A stretch of DNA of 44,239 nt from Octopus bimaculoides. Its lineage: Eukaryota. The stretch lies in the NCBI RefSeq assembly GCF_001194135.2, contig NC_068985.1, forward strand, positions 9,756,334-9,800,572, given 5' to 3'. Within the stretch, counting starts at the first letter, position 1. Every line of letters starts with the position of its first letter. Below are positions 10,761 through 22,212 of the stretch, piece by piece. Made by a program: the position numbers and the translations under genes. Under the pieces are notes generated by a model that saw only the letters and a program-made list of their open reading frames with translations, did no database searches and had not been told where the DNA came from.

Positions 10761-11512
10761 TTGCTTTATTGAAAGTTGAAGTTAACTGAATCTTAGCTCT
10801 GAGCTTCACGCTGCCGATTATTCATACGATTGAAGTATGAAGCAACTTGACGACATTACATGCAAAAAAAAAAAAATTATAAATAGGGCATTAGTGATCA
10901 CGTAGTCTCAATCGGTGGCAACGGTTATTTATAGTTCTCAAAATAGTTAATACAAATATATAAGTCTTAACATGTTAAAAATAGAAAAAAAAATCAATAT
11001 GTTGCTATATTTGTAAGCCAATAGAAAAAAATGTACTTGAATGGCTATAAAATAATCGTCATATGGGAAATTCCATTAATACTAAAGATAACTTCACAGC
11101 ATAATTATCACAAAACTATTATATTAGTCATTGTTAATCTCATCGAATCAATATATCATGTGATGATGACGTCGAGTGCATGGTGATTAGCAAGTCAAAT
11201 ATTAATCTCATCAGAAAGAGGAGCGGATTCGCTTTGGGATGCAAAATTGTAATAAAAATTATACACATGTAACGTAAGTGTCGCAGTAGCATTCAACGTC
11301 CTGATTAACATGAGATAAACTAAAATCGATAAACACTGCAACGAAAGAAACTGTAGATTATGAGTCAACGAGGGAACCTTCTTCCAACCACACCCTTGCA
11401 TTTTACAAATCTAAATTACAATTACTCAGTTTAACGTGACCGATCACCAAACTACCATGAGTATTTAGGGCAAGACTCCTATTGCTCTTTTTATAGAAAA
11501 TTTAAGCCTTTA

Positions 11513-11554
<42 letters not shown>

Positions 11555-11809
11555 NNNNNNNNNNNNNNNNNNNNNNNNNNNNNNNNNNNNNNNNNNNNNN
11601 NNNNNNNNNNNNNNNNNNNNNNNNNNNNNNNNNNNNNNNNNNNNNNNNNNNNNNNNNNNNNNNNNNNNNNNNNNNNNNNNNNNNNNNNNNNNNNNNNNNN
11701 NNNNNNCTCTCACGTGGGGAAAAAAAGGAAAAAAGAAAGACTTTTCTTCGTGTTTTCCTTCCCCCTCTAACCAAGCCTCCAAAAATTTTCCACATATACA
11801 TAATTATAT

Positions 11810-12310
11810 AATTCGGAGGGGTCGATAAATTAAGTACCAATCGCGTACTGCGGTCGATCTAATCGACTGGACCCTCCCTCAAAATTTCGGGCCTTGTGCC
11901 TAAAGTAGAAAAGAATATTCTTTCTAATTTTTCGTCTGTCTTTACGTTCCGAGTTCAAATTCCACGGAGGTCGACTTTGCCTTCCATCCTTTCGGGGTCG
12001 ATAAATTAAGTACCAGCTGCGTACTGGGGTAGATCTAATCGACTTGCACCCTCTCTCAAAATTTCGGGCCTTGTGCCTAGAGCAGAAAAGAATATTTTTT
12101 CTAATATTGGCACAGGGCCAATAATTTTAAGAGGGTGCTAGTCGATTATATCAACTCTAGTGCTCAACTGGTACTTAATTTATTGACCCCAAATGGATGA
12201 AAGGCAAGGTCGACATCGGCGGAATTTGAACTCAGAACGTAAAGAGGAGGAAAATACTGCTAAGCATTTTTTTTCCGGCGTGCTAATAATTCCCCCAGCT
12301 TACCGCCTTA
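11810..12310. mobile_element. Cluster of three family-B SINE pieces (two +, one -), including a tail-to-tail inverted pair
   Basis: Core motifs at ~11810-11905(+), ~11928-12095(+), ~12096-12310(-). Confidence 0.85.
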
Positions 12311-13643
12311 AATCTTGTTATAAATTACAAAAGATTTCTTATTTCAAAATCCATTGCGGGTTTGCATGTTACCCCCAAACCAGCAGCTTTATACTACTGA
12401 CACTTGTGCCATACTTTCTCCATCGCTAGATTTGATCATTGGCAGCAGGAATGTGAATGTAGTAACAGTTCTTGACAGACTGGCAGTTCGGTACTGACAT
12501 CGAATATCACAACATACTTGGCCGCTGTACCCGACAAACTAAAGTACTGGCAATACAGGTTCTGCGACGTACTGAGATCTAGCGGAGGGGTGGTTTCAGT
12601 CTAGTTTATTCTGTACTGAAACATCTGCTTCTCTAGCTCTAGTAGCGGGTGCTTCCGAGCCAAGCAAAGATCTTGATGAATATCGGAACTATCGAATTGG
12701 ATTTCTTACAAAAGTGAAAAACCTTATGAATTAAGAAGGGATGAAAAAGTGAGTGAAAGACATTCAAAACTTCTTAATTCTTTGTTCTGTTTGAAATCTA
12801 CCAAATTGGTTTTTGGTACTTTTATTGGTGCATTTTGCGCAATAATCAGGTCAGGTCTTTGCTCTGGGGATGTTATCCCCACTCTACTAGTCTCAGAAGC
12901 TCTGAGAGAAGTCCTAACTGCTGCCATTTTCCCACCGATGAAGTCGTTTTTGAAATAAAAGACGGAATAACTGAAATTAAAAGGGCTGTACCTGAAAATC
13001 GAAACCGAAGCGCAGGGTTACTTTTTGAAAATTCCATTCTACTTTACTGTGATTTTTCATTTAAATTCGTGATTGTATGATTTACAAGGTCAGTAAGTTA
13101 GTGATGTCCTGCAGCTTAATCAATCACATCAACTGTGTAGAAATATGCGAATAAGAAGATGTTAATGTATTATAATACATAACCTCAATTGTTGCTAACG
13201 AAATCACGTGATTATTATTTTTATATTAATCTTATAATACGCATATAGACTAGCTTTTAATACTATCCTAACATAATCTAAAAGTACAATCTAAATCCAA
13301 GTAGATATTTTGCTATAATCCTTAGACATCAAATTCAAGATTTGAAAATGTGGTAAGTTCATTTGAAGCAGTAAAATGACGTCAGATTCAAGGGATTAAG
13401 ACTTATTGTTAATCTTTGCGCATTGAGGAAAATACTGAAAGATAGAAGGAAAAGTTGGACGGTTCTGTAAAATATACTATCAGACATTCGCTGTTTTAAA
13501 GTTTGACTTATATTGGTATAAATTAAAGAACGCACACAAAAAATAAACTATTACAAAAACTATCTATATAGCATCTGTAAGAATACACGCATACACACAC
13601 AAACAGCTTCCAGCCTTACCTATGTGTGTGTGTGCATGTAAAT

Positions 13644-13694
<51 letters not shown>

Positions 13695-13699
13695 GTTGA

Positions 13700-13890
13700 A
13701 ATTTACAGAAAGACAAAAGACGAATACAGGTGTGTAAACAACAAGCAGGTGTATTAGTTTGACGCTCGGGAAGGTGAAAAAGTCTTTTACGTTTCGAGCC
13801 TACGCTCTTCAACAGAAAGGAACACGATGAAATAAACAGAGAGAAAATAATTTTAAAAACTTGTGGATTTAGCGGTCAATCAGGGCTCTT
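13700..13890 (-). mobile_element. Penelope-type terminal remnant with hammerhead-like motif
   Basis: Minus strand CTTT-CTGTTGA-A-GAGCGTAGGCTC-GAAAC-GTA-AAAG at 13819-13784. Confidence 0.55.
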
Positions 13891-14147
13891 ATATATATAT
13901 AAGAGCTTACTTCCAAAACCAGATCTGTGCATCGGAATGACTTTTGAGTAATTGTTTAAAACAACAACTTGAATATATCTGATTTTGATTGGAATACTAA
14001 GATTCGCCTCCTGTTTATATGGCATCTATCCCAGTTTGACTGAAAAACATTTCACGTGCCTGAAGCCAGCAGCTTGCTGTAGACTGTGTTTTGATGGTTA
14101 TCGTGAAATCGACCAAATATGTTTTTATACCGGTTTTGAAAAGTAAG

Positions 14148-14190
<43 letters not shown>

Positions 14191-14674
14191 TTCTTCTGCG
14201 GGGCAGAGTCCTCAACCGATTTATAGCAACTTTTTAAAACAAGTTGTATAGGCTTTTAGAGAAAAAGCTGCGGTATACGGGTGGTAATTTATTAATAATG
14301 ATAATGAGCTAGGTTTGGGAACGGCAGATTTGCATGGTTTGGTGAGGAGAGAAAACAACCGATTTGCATGGTTTTGGTTCTGTTGGGAATCTGCTGATTA
14401 TCATGGTTTGGTTAAGAGGGGAAAGAAAAATCTACTTTACGTGTCGTCTATCACTTTTCTATTTCGCGATAAGCTTATCAAAAGGTCTTTCTACGGAGTT
14501 GTGTAACGATCCTAATGGTTAATATTATAGTGTGTTCCCTGACATATTTAATAACTAAATAGCAAACTATTTGATAGGACTGTGTACCAAATAGGATTTG
14601 TTTTGGTTTTGATATCACAATGATTTACTGTGTGATAATTAAGAAAAAATAATTAGTCGATTCATGCTGATAAT

Positions 14675-15125
14675 ATTGGTTCAGATTTTGACACGAGGCC
14701 AACGATTTTATTTAGGGGAGGAGGTATATCGTTTACATCGACCCTAGTGCTCAACTGGTACTAATTTCATCGACCCCACCACGAAAGGTTGAAAAGCAAA
14801 GTCAACCTTGGTGGAATTTGAACTCAGAGCGTAAAGACGGACAGAATGCTGCTAAGAGTTTAGCCTGGCATTTTAACGATTCTGTCAGCTCACCTATTTT
14901 TTTTCATGTAGATAATATTGATTTCGAATTTTAGCACTAGGTCAACAATTTCGGGGAAGGGAATAAGTCGATGTAATCGACCCCAGTCCTCAACTGGTAC
15001 TTAATTTATCCACCTCGAAAGGATGAAGAGCAAAGTCGACCTCGGCGGAATTTGAGCAGAGAATGTTTTGATGAACAAAATACTGCTAAGCATTTTGCCC
15101 GGCATTTTAACCATTCTGCCAGTAC
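14675..15125 (-). mobile_element. Two tandem family-B SINEs next to exon 4 donor
   Basis: Reverse-complement core and head motifs at ~14675-14895 and ~14925-15125. Confidence 0.8.
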
Positions 15126-15178
15126 GCCATCTTTTATCCTGCAGATAACATTTAAAGAACAGAAAACAGCAAACTCAC

Positions 15179-15420
15179 GTCGAAATGGAATGGAACAGCA
15201 TTTGAGCCAATCTTGGCAAGAAGTCGAGCCTGTAGTTTGGTAAGTAGGTGTTTGTTTTCTTCTAAAGGAGGGTACAACTGCATTTGTTTCACTGCGAAGT
15301 CCTTTCGGAATGACATTCCCATCACATCCAAGTCTTCTCGTCCATATCGGAAAGCAACGACAATGATGCCGAAGACCTTTCGATTCTTGAGATATTCAGG
15401 ATCAACGACAATAATGCCAT
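15179..15420 (-). CDS. Arr: Arrestin coding exon 4 (242 nt; DGIIVVDPEYLKNRKV...FRYGREDLDVMG...PFHFD)
   Basis: Within track ORF 15152..15448; TTCCAG| acceptor, GAC|GTGAGT donor; contains the finger loop. Confidence 0.98.
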
Positions 15421-15544
15421 CTGGAACAATGGTAGAAAGTTGACACAAAAAATATTATATGATATATCGAACTCGAAACGTAAAGTAAATACACAGTTAA
15501 GGAATCTCAGGTGAAGCTCATAAATATTTGGCCATTTTACTCAC

Positions 15545-15605
15545 CGATGTTGTCTACCCATGATCCGTGGTCATAGTAATCTCGTCGTCCCAGATAGGTT
15601 GTCAA
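15545..15605 (-). CDS. Arr: Arrestin coding exon 3 (61 nt; LTTYLGRRDYYDHGSWVDNI)
   Basis: TTTCAG| acceptor, G|GTGAGT donor; matches the arrestin LTVYLGKRDFVDH motif. Confidence 0.96.
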
Positions 15606-15747
15606 CTGAAATAAAGAAAGATTTGATTATCAATATGAATGTATGTATATGTGTGTGTGTTATCTGCCCATGAATATAATATACAATAACGTTTTTATAA
15701 GAATAAGTGTGTATCACAACGATGTAATCACCAACATTATCGCAGCA

Positions 15748-15955
15748 AGCCGAGGTAACTTCTGTGTGGTCAATCGACTTGCTAGAAATAGCGGCTAAAT
15801 CTCCTTCGAATTACAGTCAACAGTTTTAAAAAGAAAGGACGCGTTGGATAGTATGCTCCTTTATATATTAAAATACAAAATAGTCACGGTTGTTGTAATG
15901 CCTTCTATAGCAGTTTTACTGAAGCAGCGCTGGTATGGGTTAAACAAAACTATTA
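15748..15955 (-). repeat. Dispersed repeat 'family F' (degenerate; related pieces ~1880-2090, 40200-40300, 40525-40745)
   Basis: Shared GATTTRGCTGCTATTTCTAGCAGGTCG-like segment. Confidence 0.5.
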
Positions 15956-16614
15956 GAGATATCTTAAAATAAAGCTATTGGAACAACAGCATTGTCACCA
16001 GCACCTGCAGCAGCAACGGTAACAACAGCAACAACAACATGGCCCCTCATTGGCTTAGCTAATTACGCAGTCTCGGTACTTATTCTTTACTCTTTTACTT
16101 GTTTCAGTCATTTGACTGCGGCCATGCTGGAGCACCGCCTTTAGTCGAAGGAATCGACACCAGGACTTATTCTTTGTAAGCCTAGTGCTTATTCTATCGG
16201 TCTCTTTTGCCGAACCGCTAAGTTACGAGGACATAAACACACCAGCTTCGGTTGTCAAGCGATGTTGGGGAACAAACACAAACACACAAACATATACACA
16301 CACATACATACATACATACATACACACATACATACAAATGTTAGATCTTATTTCCAATCCTCTCTAAACGACCCGTTTGTGTGTGTNNNNNNNNNNNNNN
16401 NNNNNNNNNNNNNNNNNNNNNNNNNNNNNNNNNNNNNNNNNNNNNNNNNNNNNNNNNNNNNNNNNNNNNNNNNNNNNNNNNNNNNNNNNNNNNNNNNNNN
16501 NNNNNNNNNNNNNNNNNNNNNNNNNNNNNNNNNNNNNNNNNNNNNNNNNNNNNNNNNNNNNNNNNNNNNNNNNNNNNNNNNNNNNNNNNNNNNNNNNNNN
16601 NNNNNCAATTGTAA

Positions 16615-16897
16615 TAATCCTTACTACTGGAAGGACAAGGCCTCAAATTTTGGGGGAAGGGATTAAGTCGATTACATCGACCCAAGTGCGTAACTGGTAC
16701 TTGTTTAATCGACCCTGAAAGGATAAAAAGCAATGTCGACCCGGCGGAATTTCTTCTCTACTCTTGGCACAAGGCGCGAAATTTTAGGAGAGGGGGCCAG
16801 TCGATTAGATCAACCCCAGTACGCAACTGGTACTTAATTTATCGACCCTGAAAGGATGAAAGGCGAAGTTGACCTCGGCAGAATTTGAACTCACAAC
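16615..16897 (-). mobile_element. Two 5'-truncated family-B SINEs
   Basis: Two reverse core motifs; followed by a family-D 3' fragment (~16898-16997). Confidence 0.8.
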
Positions 16898-16999
16898 GAC
16901 TGCTGCTCTTCCATAAACAACCTTGTCCGGACTTGTGCCAGGGAGGGTAACTTTCTAGGCGCAATCCCATGGTCATTCATGACCGAAGGGGGTCACCCA

Positions 17000-17310
17000 T
17001 GTGGCACAGATTCAAAGACCTTCTTGTCATCAATCCCACGACACGACAAGTTGGTCTTTTAGCATACTTTCACATACTCCAGCACAATGTTATTAACTTT
17101 AAATTGATCAATTCTCCTGTAGGGTTTAGACTCTACAGGGATCACATTGTTCTGTAAATCTTCAGTTATCCTCTTGAAGATATTTTTGAAAGCAGTTTGT
17201 AAGTTACTGACAGTCAAGCGACAGAACAAGATTATCCTCTTTTCTTTGTTCTTTGATTAGAGTCAGACATATCTGAAAACAAGACGGTTATATCACCCCG
17301 AAAGCATAAG
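17000..17310 (-). mobile_element. Degenerate R4/Dong-like RT fragment
   Basis: LSVTYKLLSKI, NNVIPVE and IDQFKVNNIVLE...KTNLSCRGIDDKKVFESVPH resemble R4-clade RT motifs; stops and frameshifts. Confidence 0.65.
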
Positions 17311-17611
17311 AATATGATGGTCGAAGGAAACAAGCTGATGTTACTTCAAGGGTGTTAAAATTCCGCTCACATCATACAGATAAACGTTGCTTTGATACGG
17401 GAATCATATAAGGTCTGTGTGTATCGAACAAAACAGCTGATTTGAAGGAAAGACATATTCATTCTTGTGGACAATATAAAGATATAGAAACACAAGATAT
17501 TGGGCGACGAAGTTAGAAATCGAGGCTGCACAGAGTGTTCTACTTCATTTAGAAATGTTATATGTAAGGGCAAATGGCATTGATGTTATAAGGTTGATTT
17601 GATGGTAGTGT

Positions 17612-17831
17612 AAGGCGGCGAGCTGGCAGAATCGTTAGCACGCCGGGCGAAATGCTTAGCGGTATTTCGTCTGTTTTTACGTTCTGAGTTCAAATTCCGC
17701 CGAGGTCGACTTTGCCTTTCATCCTTTCGGGGTCGATAAATTAAGTATCAGTTGCGTACTGGAATCGATTTAATCGACTGGCTCCCCCCCCCCCCAAATT
17801 TCGGGCCTTGTGCGTAGAGTAGAAAAGGATA
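17612..17831 (+). mobile_element. tRNA-derived SINE 'family B', full-length monomer
   Basis: Pol III-like head (B box GAGTTCAAATTCC), core GTCGACTTTGCCTTTCATCCTTTCGGGGTCGATAAATTAAGTA (resembles the Deu/Nin SINE domain, from memory), tail CTTGTGCGTAGAGTAGAAAAGGAT; 12-bp TSD TGATGGTAGTGT at 17600-17611 and 17832-17843. About 18 copies or fragments in the window. Confidence 0.9.
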
Positions 17832-18527
17832 TGATGGTAGTGTTAATAAACTATAATTATTAATCATCCGATGAACATAACAATAAGTTAATGATGTCGA
17901 TATTACTTGTATTGCTCATCATAGTACTTTGGAGATGTCATATCTCACAAGTATCTAGACGTCTAGGTTGTGCCGTTATAGAGAATTTGATTACATTCTA
18001 TAATGAGAGAACAGGAATTAACAGCTTATAAATATATATCCTTGACACATTAAAGTAACTTCTGTGAATAACAGACAATCTTTTAAAAAGACCATCTTAA
18101 AACCAGCATAAAATATCAAATGTTACATGCAATGTATAGAGAGAACTACAACAGCGTGTTATAATATCTATGGTATTAATAACATCTTACTAATCTTAAC
18201 AGCATAACACTTAAACAATTTCTTGTGCGCTTGCATACAATATATACAAAAGAAAATATGGGGTTGAATAAACAATATATTGCTTCAAAATATAGAAGTA
18301 ATCGATGTCGAATAGACGATTGGAAGGGTAAATTAAATTATGCAATATTTAATTGCGTAACGAATGAAATGCGATAAACACAAATGATAGTAGATAACCG
18401 TTGAAGAAGAATGAAGAAAAATACATCTTGTATGATAAGTAAATGTAGCATAAAAACTTAAGAAACAGGACTTGAAACAATGACTGTTTTAATTGACTAG
18501 AAATGGAGAAAGATCGGGGAAAACAGT

Positions 18528-18910
18528 TACTCTTTTACTTGTTTCAGTCATTTGACTGCGACCATGCTGGAGCACCGCCTTTAGTCGAGCAAATCGACCC
18601 CAGGACTTATTCTTTGTAAGCCTAGTACTTATTCTATCGGTCTCTTTTGCCGAACCGCTAAGTTACGGGGACGTAAACGTACCAGCATCGGTTGTCAAGC
18701 AGTATTGGGGGGACAAACACAGACATACAAATATATATACATATATATGACGGGCTTCTTTCAGTTTCCGTCTTCAAAATCCATTCACAAGGCTTTGGTC
18801 GTCCCGATGCTATAGTAGAAGACACTTGCCCAAGGTGCCACGCAGTGGGACTGAACCCGGAACCATGTGGTTGGTAGGCAAGCTACTTACCACTACTTTA
18901 CTCCTGCGCC
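18528..18910 (-). mobile_element. tRNA-derived SINE 'family A' with internal (TA/CA) microsatellite, near full length
   Basis: Head GTGGTAAGTAGCTTGC...GGTTCAGTCCC, ACCTTGGGCAAGTGTCTTC core-like segment, internal dinucleotide tract, 3' end GAAACAAGTAAAAGAGTA. Further copies or fragments at ~30-185, 7240-8090, 16085-16330, 24460-24560, 25130-25310, 33680-33845, 35680-35840, 36240-36500, 36730-36935, 41880-42040. Confidence 0.85.
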
Positions 18911-19373
18911 GCAAGACTATGCTGTTTACAAAATGGTAGTGTATAAGACATGATGAAAACGTAGAAGGAGAAAAAAATAGTCACTAAAGAAAAACTACAG
19001 CCATTTTGAATTCTTTTTTTTTTTCAAAATGATCTAAAATAATAGAAGACGATTCAAAAATTTAAATTGAGAATATTATGTTATCTGATTTAAAGCTTGC
19101 TCTTAATAACTTAGAAGACTGGAAAAAAAAACTGGCATTGACGATACTAAATTTTAGTTAGTTGTTATTTGGTATACTACGCTGCCACATAACCTCCACC
19201 TCTGATACCCTTGAGGAGAATTCGAACAAAGTACCTCGATGAGTTCTTGCTTGTTGGACAACAATGACCATTACGACAAAAAAATGGGTCTTTGTCACTG
19301 TTTCCCCATCATTTGATTGTCTGTAATTTATGAACTACTCTCCAAAATATTTTCAATTGGATAATAAAAGATT

Positions 19374-19801
19374 CTTTTCTACTCTAGGCACAAGGCCCGA
19401 AATTCTTGGGAGGGAACCAGTCGATTGGATCGACCCCAGTACGCAACTGGTACTTAATTTATCGACTCCGAGAAGATGAAAGACAAAGTCGACCTCGGCA
19501 GAATTTGAACTCAGAACATAAAGACAGACGTAATACCACTAAGCATTTCGCCCGGCGTGCTAACGTTTCTTATTCTTTACTGTTCACAAGGGGCTACACA
19601 CAGAGGGGACAAACAAGAACAGACAAACGGGTTAAGTCGATTATATCGACTCCCAGTGCGTAACTGGTACTTATTTAATCGACCCGAAAGGATGGAAGGC
19701 AAAGTCGACCTCGACGGAATTTGAACTCGGAACGTAAAGACAAACGAAATACCGCTAAGCATTTCGCCCGGCTTGCTAACGTTTCTGCCACCTCACCGTC
19801 C
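19374..19801 (-). mobile_element. Dimeric family-B SINE, second copy
   Basis: Same monomer order and junction as 6517-6937; degenerate 17-bp TSD (19357-19373 / 19802-19818). Confidence 0.85.
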
Positions 19802-20986
19802 TTGGATTGTAAACGATTTACAAAAGCAGTTGAATTCTTCTTGGTCAGAAATAGTGACAACCTAAATCCTGAGGAACAACTGACCAGCTTCTGGTTATCA
19901 AGACGACTGGGGTTAATACAAAAGAACGTGGGAAAAAGAACGAAACAAAACAACTTGTCGCATTAATGGATCGATTAAAAACATTACCTCTGATTCTGTG
20001 CCACATAACTAGTTTATCAAAATACTATAAATTCAATAATTTAATGACGCTTTGTGACTGCCATTAAAACAACTGTGATGACGTAGTTAATAGTTTTTAG
20101 TTTTTACAGTTACCAATAACACCACGACTGTAAGCCTCGGGTCATAAAAATATCAACGGAGACATTCCCGAATGGCACTTAATATGGTCTCCATTTTATC
20201 GTATGCTTGTTGCTTTTCTGTTGGCTAAGAAATATATCAATTTGAGTTGCTACATATCAAAAGAAAGGATAAGGCTTATTCGCCATTTCCTATTCTTGAA
20301 TCACCTAAAATTGTATAGTACAATTGGTTCCTGGTTTCATAGGCACATCAGTATTGTTAGGTAATTCAACAAGGGCATTAAGATGTCCTTTGAACTGGGA
20401 AAATACGAGTAGCTGACTATAAAAAGAAGGAGACCGGCAAGTCGAAATTTTAATGCCCCTCCTCCCCAAAAGGAGATAAAACATGAACCGTTACCCATAA
20501 CAAGGTTTTCCGTTTTGATATCGACATTTTTTTTATCAGAAAAGACAGAAATAAACAAATAATAATCGACAAAGTATCCCGTCACCTATTACAAAATCTA
20601 CGTCTTTTATTAGTTGAGGTGGGTAAATTATGTGACAATGTCTCCTATTTCCAGATATAACCTTTTCTTTTAGTAAAATAGACAAAGTTAGAGAAATTAA
20701 ACACGTGACAAGGTTTTCTATTTCTACTTATTTTTTGGTTAGAAGACACTGGGGTGGGCAAATTATATCCATGACAACGGTTCCTATCCTAGATATAAAT
20801 GTTTCTTTTGTTAGAGAGGCCGAAAGGTGCTCAAGTTAAACATGTGACAAGTGTTTCTCTTTCTCGCCATAATTTTGTTTTAACCTCGCTTATGTTCCTC
20901 GTTACTGCCAGAAGGTGTGACAATGACCGAATGATTTATTGTTTACCTGATTTCGTAGGGATAAATTAAGTTTTGTATGATCTTAC

Positions 20987-21017
20987 CTTTCCGTTTGGGG
21001 AGCTTTTCTTGTAAACC
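20987..21017 (-). CDS. Arr: Arrestin coding exon 2 (31 nt; VYKKSSPNGK)
   Basis: Pyrimidine tract + ATCAG| acceptor, AAG|GTAAGA donor; arrestin N-terminal KK motif. Confidence 0.95.
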
Positions 21018-21264
21018 CTGATATAAAAGAAACAAAAGAGATCAAGTTAAAAATAATGTAAATAGGATGAAAAAAACAAGAGTTAATTATCAATAAAAGT
21101 TAATTATCAATAAAAAACGAATTGATTAATATATTTTTATCGATCTGTTTTCTAAGCTGAAAGAAATTATTCAACGAAGGCCACTAGAGACATGGTAAGA
21201 TGGTTCTTAGCGAATGCTAGGTTGTGGCAACGACAGGTGTGTTATTTGATAAATTGCTTTTAAT

Positions 21265-21462
21265 ATTTGAACAAGGCCAGCGATTTTGAGGGTCGGGTAA
21301 GTCCCCCATTGCTGGGCTGGTTCTAATTTCATTGATACTGAACAGATGAAAGGTAGAGTCGACGCGGCGGAATTTGAACTCAGAACATATGAGCCGAAGG
21401 AGATGCTGCTAAGCAGTCTGTCCGGTGTGGTGCGGTAACGATTCTGCCAGCACATCGCCTTC
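21265..21462 (-). mobile_element. Diverged family-B SINE
   Basis: GCGGAATTTGAACTCAGAAC B-box region and core remnants. Confidence 0.7.
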
Positions 21463-21503
21463 GGATGTTAGTTGACAATATTAAATTAATTAAAAGAAAT
21501 ATG

Positions 21504-21757
21504 TATTGGGTTGGTGCCTAATTATTGCAGCTTTTTTTCAACAAATTTTATTCAACAAAAACAAAAACAATATTTAACAAAAACATCTTCAAATGACGTT
21601 CTGACCGTCTGCCAAGCAAACGGGAAGCAATAATTGAAGTAGATGGTGAATATGCTCCGGAATAATCATTTAAAGATGTTTTTGTTAAATATTGTCATTG
21701 TTTTTGTTGAATAAGATTTATTATAAAAAACTGCAATAATTATGTACCAACCCAATA
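21504..21757. mobile_element. Mariner-derived MITE
   Basis: TA-flanked TIRs TTGGGTTGGTGCCTAATTATTGCAG / CTGCAATAATTATGTACCAACCCAA, inverted arms of roughly 90 bp, internal RLPSKREAIIEVDGEYAPE* transposase tail. Confidence 0.85.
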
Positions 21758-21800
21758 ATTCAACACTACTCTCATGTCTGAAGGATTTCTTCAGTACCGA

Positions 21801-21842
21801 GCTTTTACCCAGGTGGCCTGGGTTCGATTCCCGACATGGGAA
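21801..21842 (+). pseudogene. 3' half of a tRNA-Glu-like sequence
   Basis: GCTTTTACCCAGGTGGCCTGGGTTCGATTCCCGACATGGGAA resembles the anticodon-to-acceptor half of eukaryotic tRNA-Glu; no 5' half. Confidence 0.55.
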
Positions 21843-21854
21843 CGTGATGCCAAT

Positions 21855-22075
21855 TGGGATAGCGAGCTGGCAGAATCGCTAGAGCGTCGGAATAAATGCT
21901 CTGTGGTTTTTCACCTGATTTTTTTTTTTACGTTCTCTTTTCAATTCCAAAATAGTTGGCTTTGCCTTTCATTCTTTCGGGTTCGATAAAATAAATTACC
22001 AATCACATTTTGGGATCGATGATATCGATTAATCCCTTCCACCCAAAACTGCTAGCCTTGAGCCAGACTCAGAAA
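21855..22075 (+). mobile_element. Diverged family-B SINE
   Basis: GCGAGCTGGCAGAATCGCTAG head, TTTGCCTTTCATTCTTTCGGGTTCGATAAA core. Confidence 0.7.
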
Positions 22076-22145
22076 CCAGTATTTAAAAAGAGCAGAGAGA
22101 AATATTTAAGTGAAGAGACACATAGCTAGCTACTTAGATATATAA

Positions 22146-22146
22146 C

Positions 22147-22212
<66 letters not shown>
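22146..22212. repeat. (GATA)n array at LINE 3' end
   Basis: Direct inspection; second array at 22688-22848. Confidence 0.97.

Noticed and set aside
12480-13080. Overlapping short ORFs with coding-like composition
   Set aside because: No recognisable domain or fitting splice sites; the arrestin frame is complete without them.
20600-20880. Degenerate ~130-bp tandem duplication near exon 2; smaller ones at 14315-14420 and 39055-39125
   Set aside because: Ordinary local duplications with no coding or splice signal.
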